Positions 49,501-58,600 of a stretch of 62,000 nt of DNA are shown here, in pieces. Under the pieces are notes generated by a model, which was given only the letters and a program-made list of their open reading frames with translations, searched no databases and was not told the DNA's origin. The stretch is taken from contig NW_008806281.1 of assembly GCF_000400465.1 (NCBI RefSeq), positions 20,001-82,000 on the forward strand, written 5' to 3'. Both the position numbers and the translations under genes were made by a program. How positions within the stretch are numbered: the stretch's first letter is position 1; each line of letters starts with the position of its first letter. Source of the DNA: Wallemia ichthyophaga EXF-994 (Eukaryota > Fungi > Basidiomycota).

Positions 49501-49698
49501 CTCTTCGATCTGTCCAACAAGACTCAAGTGGAGAGCCATTTGCTGCAGGTGCTCACGCTTATGGATAAATATGGCATGCGGCTCCGTATTGACCCTTCGC
49601 CATATATTAGGCGAGCTGTTGAGTTGGAGATTAGCAAAGGTGAGGGATTGCATGTGGAGCCATTGAGCGAAAATAGTGATGAAGAAATGTTCATGTAG
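46540..49698 (+). CDS. NRDE2: NRDE2-family (HAT/TPR) nuclear RNA-processing protein (spliced)
   Basis: IPRYRRSG..RVLGL, PQDVQGWLDYVDFQ, FFRYCSFLLSAGYTERVYSLYQAMFE, DPFRNV, CPWSKQLHM, MDKYGMRLR. Confidence 0.83.
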
Positions 49699-49724
49699 AA
49701 ATCCATTCATTTGATGCGCATATT

Positions 49725-50437
49725 TCACAGCGCTATCCCACCTTCGACTGCGTAATAGCCTTCTGGTGTTGTGGTTCCGACTGCGGCAATTTCGATGCGC
49801 TCAAAAGGGTATGGACCACCAATGTTCAAATCTCCGAGAGACTTTTGCACGCTGCTGTAGGAAAAATTTGGCCTCTTCAGCTTCTTCTGCGTGCTTGATG
49901 TTTTTAGAATTGTGCAATGCAACTAGGAGATAGATTAGATGTTTTGTATTTCGATTAGTTGACCCACAGTAGGCGGACCTGTATCGCTAAGCAAACCCTC
50001 TTCTCTGAATTTCTTCCTCACAATCCCCGACACTATGTCTAGAATACCGTTCTCAGACGGCCTATAGTAGAGGACGCGTGCATTATCCTCATTAGGGAAG
50101 CATCCCAGATTGTTCATATGTATAAGGTTGTTATGTGATAGCAATTTGATGATGTCGGGTTTGAGCGAATCAAGCAGAGCGATCGCCGTGGGTATGGTGG
50201 TTTCAGATAAGCGCAACAGTCCTAATGTGAAGTGAAGCTTAGTCGATTTTACGAAGTCCTCCTCTTTGATGCCGTCTATCTCGACTTGGATAAGTTTCGC
50301 TCGTATCTGGTTGAGACGTGGCCGAATGGATGTCAATCTGGTCTATTGTCTTGTTACATAGGTGCACCGATACACCAACTACCTACCAACGGTACGCTTA
50401 TAAAATGAGTAGGCTTCAGATCTTTACTTTGGGGCAT
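49725..50437 (-). CDS. Stand-alone AKAP7/ASCC1-like 2H phosphoesterase (spliced)
   Basis: Spliced start MPQSKDLKPTHFISVPL. Both catalytic HxT motifs are present (KLHFTL and LHCTIL), and it ends GTTTPEGYYAVEGGIAL. Confidence 0.75.
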
Positions 50438-50752
50438 GAGGAGTGACGGAAATAACTTAGAATTAGGCTGGATTTGTGATTATATAGGACAGTTTCCTCA
50501 ATTTTTTGGAATCAGCTCACGCTCTTTGCTGACTGCTTCCTTTTCGTCGGAAGTCTACCGGAAACTTCCGTAAATGTATAATAAATTAAGAAGTATGTAA
50601 TATGCATTTGATAGTAAGGCAGCGTTAATTTTGTAGCTTTAAAAAATGTCCATATTAAATTTGAAAGAGGAACCATAACTGGCTGAAAAATTGAGCAATA
50701 TGTATTCAAATATTTTTGTTTTTAATTGAGTGTTTCTCGCTACGGTTATCAA

Positions 50753-50825
50753 GCCTTGCTAGCTCAATCGGTAGAGCGTGTGACTCTTAATCACAAGGCT
50801 GCGGGTTCGAGCCCCGCGTGGGGCT
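50753..50825 (+). tRNA. tRNA-Lys(CTT), identical to the copy at 29228-29300
   Basis: Same 73-nt sequence and the same AATATTTTTGCA trailer. Confidence 0.98.
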
Positions 50826-51014
50826 AATATTTTTGCAGTCCACAAAATTATCGGAAAACATTCAATATGATATATTCAAGGCAGCCTATGTTATTTATAG
50901 TCAAAAAAAGTTATTTTTAGAGTGATGATATTTGCTTAATTAGTAGTCCAACTCAGACTACGCTACGTTTGATCATGATGAATGACTCTTGATTAAGGCC
51001 GTGATCTTTAAGAA

Positions 51015-52946
51015 ATGATAAATGAAATTCCCGAGGAAACAATTAAAGCGAGAAAGCACGAGCTAATGCAAAGATTACTTCTACATCATAAGAGTCTGTT
51101 CAGTTGCCGTCAGTGCAGTCATTTCAATTGCATAACGTTCAACCGCAATCCTCGTCTGTCGCCATCTCACGGAGCCTTTCTCTGCTCTTGCATGTATATT
51201 CGCGATGATTGCCAATGCTTAAGTTTTCAAGACGTCGATGTATTGCTTCAGAAGGCAGAGAGGATGGGACTAATCTCAGTGCCGCGAAATGTGAGTACAG
51301 GGACTATTAGCCTAGTATATTATTTTTTTGACATTGTTTAGGGCATATTCAATGTCCAAAGCAATGGTCAAGCCAGTACTTCGAGAAATGTTATCGATGA
51401 AAGCCAAACAGCGCCACAGTTGCAATTACAGCAGAAAGAAGAGCAACAGCTACAACAGCAACCACAACAACAACCACAAGTACAGACACCATCGCGGGCA
51501 AATGACACGAGCAATCACAGAAGGGACATCCTCAGTATGACAACTCAAAAGATCCCCGATGAATTGAACGCCGCCAACATAAAACGTCTACAAATTACGA
51601 TAGAGAAGGGCATTATTCCAATCGTACAGGATTCGGTTTTGCCTATCATTAAGCGATACGTTCATAAACACGGCGAGAATTATCATTCGCAAGGCAACAC
51701 CTTATTTACAGAAATCTTCACCATAGTAAACGACCTTATCACACCCATGATCCAATCAACGATGGAGAAAGTGAGCGCTCAGCACATTACTCAACTGGTA
51801 TCGAATTCCATCAATACTACGATTTCTACCTGTTATTTGGACAACATCGACTCTAATGGTGTGGATTTCTTACATAATACTCATAAAATGCGCCATCAAA
51901 ATCAATTAAATCAACAAAGTGCGATTAATGCACAAAACAACGGCCTACAGTCAACCTGGTTGAGCAGTACAAGAAGTACCCCCTCTAAGCAGGATCAACG
52001 CAAACGTACTCGCAGAAGTAATGAGAATGATGAGCAGATTGCTGACGCCAATTCGAAACAAAATGATAATGACGAAGTGCACTTTCTCTCACACTCCAAA
52101 AACACATCTCCAATCAGTCAAGAGGTCCTTAAGAGTCTTTCAGATTTCAGAAATCATCTAGAGAAAAACATCAGAAGTAACATAGATATAGTCAAACAAC
52201 AGGAGTTGCACACCAGTAAACTCAAGGAACTCGAACATGTTTCCCGAACCTTGAACATTCGAACCAGTGCTACTCAAGAGTGGCGTAGCCAAACACAAAC
52301 ATGCATAGAGAGGTTGAGCCGAAATGAGCTAAGTATTAAGAATGCATCTAGAGCATTTGATAATATGACAGCTCGAATGGACGCCATGAATCTTCAATTG
52401 ACACAAGTGGATCAGCGTCAGTCGACATTAAGACGCACAGATTCCAATCAAGCGCAAGGTGACACCGAAAATTTCAAAATAAGTGCCATCGAAAATCTTT
52501 TGGAAAAGATGGGTGAGCGAATAACCTCAATCGAGAATACAAAAGTGGCCATAGGCGGGACGAAGCTGCAGAGCGCCGCAGAAAGCAGAAGCTCGACTCC
52601 TCAGCAGCAAGAAAAAGGGCTGGAGGACAGGCTGATGAAGAAGATTAGCAGTCTAGAGGAAAAGGTGAAGGAAAAGATTATCGAAATCAGACGAGACGCA
52701 AGCCAGCAGCAAGAAGATTTACACAAAAATCTTCTTGAGATGGTGCAAGCGAAGCTTAAGGAGCACTTTGCTGGTATAGACGAATCTAACAGCGGATTTC
52801 AGGACAAGCTGCAATCTCTTCGCGATGAACTGAAAGAATCAATTTTTGAGACGTTTGAGATCCAGAGGGAGAACAGCAGTAAGCAAGAAAGGAGAATAGC
52901 CGATCTTGAAATTGCGCTGAATAAATCATATGAACAAAGCTGGTAA
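51015..52946 (+). CDS. Orphan protein with a Cys/His-rich N-terminus, Gln tract and C-terminal coiled coil (one intron)
   Basis: ORF 51015-51341 is spliced via GTGAGT...TTTAG (~51293-51341) in frame into the 51420-52946 ORF. Confidence 0.68.
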
Positions 52947-53112
52947 TAGAGGTGGTAACTTCAGAAAGTTGTAATTTTATATTTATGCTTGCTTTTTTGA
53001 AAGAGAGTACGTGGTCTTTTTGGCATGATTGATAGTGACGCGTTTGACATTACAAAACCATATCGTTTTTAACTTTGTGGAAGCAAAAATATTCAAAACT
53101 TTAGTTAGTAAA

Positions 53113-53215
53113 AGCTTTCGGCCGGAATCGAACCGGCGACCTCCGCGGAGCAACTAATCATCTCAGTAGATGAGCCGATGTTAACACGGCGCTATAACCC
53201 CTAAGCCACGAAAGC
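53113..53215 (-). tRNA. tRNA-Val(AAC) with a 30-nt canonical intron after position 37
   Basis: GCTTTCGTGGCTTAGGGGTTATAGCGCCGTGTTAACA[30 nt]CCGCGGAGGTCGCCGGTTCGATTCCGGCCGAAAGCT: 73 + 30 nt. Confidence 0.93.
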
Positions 53216-53285
53216 GATGGTTATGGAGTACATTTTGCTATATAGCATGTTTGTTTTCCAATCTCGATACAATCCAAAAAAATGA

Positions 53286-54369
53286 AAGTTTGAAAATAAC
53301 CTGAAGGAGATGGAAACCATATTACCCTATCCTTTCGTGCCGTGGGTACCTGCAACACTAAGCTTTTCACAAGCAGAGAATAAGGAACGAGCAAAAGCAG
53401 AGAATATGGAATTATGCAATCAGTACAATATGTCATGGTACATCTACACAGATGGATCTCTAGCTTAGGGGCAAGTTGCGCCAGGCTATGCAGCTAAGCT
53501 TCCACACAGACGAGACTGGTTTAGCTCATCATACAAACGGGGTCCTGACAGCAAATTCACAATTTACGAAGCAGAGTTATTGGGAGTATATCTCGCTTTA
53601 GAATGGATCGAGGAAGAGTTGATACCGCCAGTAGTCTTTATCAATAGCGACAGTCAGGCGGTACTTTCGGAGATCGTTCAATTGCAATCAACAAAGACAG
53701 GCCAATATTTGATAAAACCAGTCCTTGACAAAATTGATTGGATTAAACGAACGAAGGGAAAAAGACTTTGTTGTCCAATTAAACTGGATCCCACGACATG
53801 TGGATATTTACGGTAACGAACTAGCGGACAGAACCGCTAACGAGGGTTGGACACGGCCGACCCACCGGACTATGTGGAGTCAACTAACACTCAAAACTTC
53901 ATACTCTGCAATGCGACGCAGAATGCGCGAGCGCTATACAGCATCCCTAAAAGTAGAAGCCTCCAAAATATCAGACATTAAGTCCAACGCCGCAAAAACA
54001 TCAGCTGGAAGGCTGACAGCAGCAAAAACGGCCAAGATATTCAATGAACTGCCCAGAGCAACGAGATGCCTAGCCACCCAGCTACGGTCAGGGCATTACC
54101 CTACGACTAAGTCTTACCGTTACCGGTTCCGACTGATTGATTCACCTAAATGCCGTGCATGTGGCACAGAGGACAACATCTCCCATAGAATCTTCATATG
54201 CAGAAAACATACAATGACCAGAATCACGTTAAGAAGAAAGATTACCAAGATCAATATTCAGTTCGACTTAGGTCCAATACTCAGAAACGCACACTCTATT
54301 CAAGTCCTTTACGAGTTCTTCAAACCGCAATTAAATACGTACCAAAGATACTTCGGTGGTTCAGTGTAA
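53286..54369 (+). mobile_element. 5'-truncated, decayed non-LTR retrotransposon (Tad1/I-group-like): RT-RNase H linker, RNase H and CCHC zinc knuckle
   Basis: ETILPYPFVPW linker, YIYTDGS, EAELLGVYLAL, SDSQAV, WIPRHVDIYGNELAD, LRSGH, CRACGTEDNISHRIFIC. In-frame TAG at 53466 and a frameshift in the A5 run at 53759-53763. No RT domain is present. Confidence 0.88.
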
Positions 54370-54479
54370 TTGAGAACCACCACCAATTTACATATTACGA
54401 CGCTAGTCAAGAAACGCTTCCAGTAAATTCGGAACCCCCTTTGACTCCTCATGCTTTAAGAAGTATTGATGGATGCAGT

Positions 54480-55270
54480 TTATAACATGTATCGTCTTAA
54501 AATATAATCAGATTTCATCATCATCATACCCCGTCGGACGTTTATCTTTGGACGGCACGTGAGAGTATAATTGACGACGTTACGCAGCAGAATGATCGCA
54601 CTTGGAATAATGTTCGATTGGGAGCGATACGTAACCTTGCACAGAACATACAAGCACTTCACGAGAGAGGCCACGTCCTCGTAGCTCATCTTTCCATTTG
54701 ATGCACACTGAAGTGCTAAAAGCTTCCTGCTCATCTTCTCCTACAAACAAAAAGGATTGTGACCATCTCTACTCATGTAATTTCGCTCATTTGTAATTAA
54801 TATTACGATTGAGAGGTACACAATCTTTTCATCCTCCGACCAAAGCCCCTTGCGTCTTTCTGGACAAGCAAACATCCGGTGGTAGCACTCGATGGCTGAA
54901 CGCTTGGAAATGTGCGATATCACTATCCAACAAGCTTCAAGCTGGACTGGTGCACTGAGCACGGGTTGGTTGATTGCAGTGCTTCAAATGTCTCACTCAC
55001 TCTACTAACCTATCATTCTTGTGTTTCGTCCAGACTCCTTTGTTTGCATAAGGATGCTATCGAGTTCGAACATAAGTGTATACACTTGCTAGCACTCTGT
55101 GTGAGACACACTCAGCAAGGTCATACCAGAAGTTGTCTCTGTTTTGTTGTTGCTCACTTTGTAGTTGCTGATGCAGTCATAGTCGATCCTCCTCTCTTCT
55201 TCGTTGAATGCAGAAATCAAACATCCTCTCCACAAACTTTTTCCACGCCAAGGGTATTTCTATGACTCAT
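54480..55270 (-). pseudogene. Degenerate multi-repeat Myb/SANT gene
   Basis: Spliced fragments SASKC..YVRTR*HPYANKGVWTKHKNDRLVE and WIVISHISKRSAIECYHR...RRKGLWSEDE match Myb repeats. Interrupted by stops and frameshifts, with intron-like GTGAGT...CAG segments retained. Confidence 0.5.
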
Positions 55271-55673
55271 TTTAGTCTTTATCTTTAATTGCTATACTTT
55301 CAAATCAGAGTCACAGGAATGCAAGACAACAATATAAAAAGTGTAAATGAACGCAGATTTTACATTTTATCGCTTTAAATATGCATTTGAGTTTACAAAT
55401 TTTTTGAGGTTTCGTTGCAGAACATTTTCAAAGTGGGGGCGCCGCTGTAGCCATTCAAAATTCCACTGCGAGAGACTTTGCGTGAAGGCGTTTATACGCT
55501 CCTGGATAAAGCAATCCAACGCTACCTCTTCAAAAAACAGCGCGCAATCCGTAGTGAATTTCCATCACTTCCACACACTCTCCCTCTAATCCACAACCAA
55601 AAATTGGCCGGTTCGTTATTGAAAAACAAAATAATTGAGTGAATGTTTGAAAAGTTAATGGAAATACATAAAT

Positions 55674-58600
55674 CTACCAAGCTCTTCCTTGGTTTTTGCG
55701 CTTGTTTCTAAGTTTAAACTTTCTGACATTGTGTCGATCTTGAAGTTGTCGTGATGTTGTATGGGTCGATAGGGCATGTGGAGCTTCTTCGCCATGTTGC
55801 TGTTCTTGCGACTGCTTTTCCTGGCTACGTACCAGTTTTGTCCACATCGTAGCGAATAAACCATTCGAATTGAGAAGCTGAGATTCTGTACCGCTCTCAA
55901 TAACCTTACCGCCTTGAATGTAGAATATCACATCTGACTTGGTGATTGTTGAGATCCTGTTCGAGATAATAATTGTCGTTCTAGTTACGCTCAACTCCGC
56001 AAACAAAGCTTGGATCTCCTTCTCGGTGTCATCATCCAACTCCAAGCTAGTCACATCGAAGCAGAAGATTGGTGCATCTTTCAACAATGCTCTAGCTATG
56101 GCTATACGCAATTTATCACCACCGTTCAATGTGATACCTTCATCACCGATTCTGGTATCGTAGCCGTATTGGAATGAAAGTACCTTGTCGTGTAACTTAG
56201 CAACTTTACAGGCGCTTACGATCTCTTCCTTAGTAGCGCTTTCGTTACCATACTTTAAGTTGAAGGTGAAGGTCTCGTTGAATAATGGGCAAACTTGCGA
56301 GATGATGGCAATGTGTTTTCTGAGTGACTGAAGCTTCATGTCTCTGACATCAATACCATTAATGCTGATAGAACCTTTGCCGACATCGTGGAAGCGATAA
56401 AGCAAGTCTAATATCGTATTATTTCCACTGTCACCGTCACTGAAGAGCGTAATGGTCTTGCCAGTGGGAACTTCAAACGATAAGCCTTGCAGTGCATTGT
56501 CAGAGTCGTAGCTGAAAACGACATTATCGAATTTAATGACAGGTTGGCGAGTATCGAACGTGATGGCGTCAGGCTTATCAGAAACAAAGCTAAACCAGTC
56601 AAGTGACTCGATCAAAAAATTACCACCGAAGACAGAAACACCGTTGAAAATACTATCAAACTTGGAAGGGTACTCGACATCTGGCTGTGACTGGTCCTGT
56701 TTAGAAGATTCTGACAAGTCTATAAGCCTTCTGACACAATCTGTAATGCTAACAAACTCACCGTTACGGGCTTCGGTCTCTGCCTGCTTTGGATCACCTG
56801 GAGGACCATCTGACTCGTCAGATGAGGAAGAATCATCTGAAATATTTTTGACGGTTTTGTCAGAATCGCTGTCGTTATCCTCATCTTGAAGGTTCGTCCC
56901 TTCACCCTCTAGCAACTTAGGACGGCGTTGAGGAGAATTCGACGAGTCAGAAGAAGAATCATCTGAAGCATTCTTAATGGTCCTGTCTGAATCGCTGTCT
57001 TCTTCATCTTCCAACGGCCCTTCGACGTCATCACCTAAATGCTTCAGGTTGGCTTGCACATCAGACGTTGATGACCCAAGTAAAACATCACTGTAAGTAC
57101 TCCAACGCGTTCCAACTTGATCATTTACGACCTGATGATCTTGGGAAGGTCCTGAGAAATGAATAAGCTTTTAGTCAATCCAGAAAAAGCAAAAGAACAT
57201 ACCCTTTGGGTCTTTGCCGCCAATATGCTTCTCCTGGCTACGTACCAGTTTTGTCCACATCGTAGCGAATAAACCATTCGAATTGAGAAGCTGAGATTCT
57301 GTACCGCTCTCAATAACCTTACCGCCTTGAATGTAGAATATCACATCTGACTTGGTGATTGTTGAGATCCTGTTCGAGATAATAATTGTCGTTCTAGTTA
57401 CGCTCAACTCCGCAAACAAAGCTTGGATCTCCTTCTCGGTGTCATCATCCAACTCCAAGCTAGTCACATCGAAGCAGAAGATTGGTGCATCTTTCAACAA
57501 TGCTCTAGCTATGGCTATACGCAATTTATCACCACCGTTCAATGTGATACCTTCATCACCGATTCTGGTATCGTAGCCGTATTGGAATGAAAGTACCTTG
57601 TCGTGTAACTTAGCAACTTTACAGGCGCTTACGATCTCTTCCTTAGTAGCGCTTTCGTTACCATACTTTAAGTTGAAGGTGAAGGTCTCGTTGAATAATG
57701 GGCAAACTTGCGAGATGATGGCAATGTGTTTTCTGAGTGACTGAAGCTTCATGTCTCTGACATCAATACCATTAATGCTGATAGAACCTTTGCCGACATC
57801 GTGGAAGCGATAAAGCAAGTCTAATATCGTATTATTTCCACTGTCACCGTCACTGAAGAGCGTAATGGTCTTGCCAGTGGGAACTTCAAACGATAAGCCT
57901 TGCAGTGCATTGTCAGAGTCGTAGCTGAAAACGACATTATCGAATTTAATGACAGGTTGGCGAGTATCGAACGTGATGGCGTCAGGCTTATCAGAAACAA
58001 AGCTAAACCAGTCAAGTGACTCGATCAAAAAATTACCACCGAAGACAGAAACACCGTTGAATATACTACCATAATGACCAGGAAGCTCGAAAAGTGGTTG
58101 TTTCACGTCCAGGTTTGGCAGATGAACCCTCTTGAAAGACCAGTCAATCTTGCCATGGTCCTCACGAGGTTGCTTGACGTCTGGTTGCTTCACATCGACG
58201 TGTGGCTGATCAACCTTTTTGAAGTTCCCGTCAACCTTGCCATGGTCCTCACGAGATTGCTTGACGTCTGGTTGCTTCACATCGACGTGTGGCTGATCAA
58301 CCTTTTTGAAGTTCCCGTCAACCTTGCCATGGTCCTCACGAGATTGCTTGACGTCTGGTTGCTTCACATCGACGTGTGGCTGATCAACCTTTTTGAAGTT
58401 CCCGTCAACCTTGCCATGGTCCTCACGAGATTGCTTGACGTCTGGTTGCTTCACATCGACGTGTGGCTGATCAACCTTTTTGAAGTTCCCGTCAACCTTG
58501 CCATGGTCCTCACGAGATTGCTTGACGTCTGGTTGCTTCACATCGACGTGTGGCTGATCAACCTTTTTGAAGTTCCCGTCAACCTTGCCATGGTCCTCAC

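Noticed and set aside
50547-50568. GGAAGT...ACTTCC short inverted repeat upstream of tRNA-Lys
   Set aside because: A 6-bp stem is expected by chance and has no counterpart upstream of the other tRNA-Lys copy.
53725-54369. The 214-aa ORF as a host gene or domesticated RNase H
   Set aside because: It begins mid-domain after a frameshift, the upstream half of the RNase H carries an in-frame TAG, and the C-terminal CCHC knuckle is typical of LINE ORF2.
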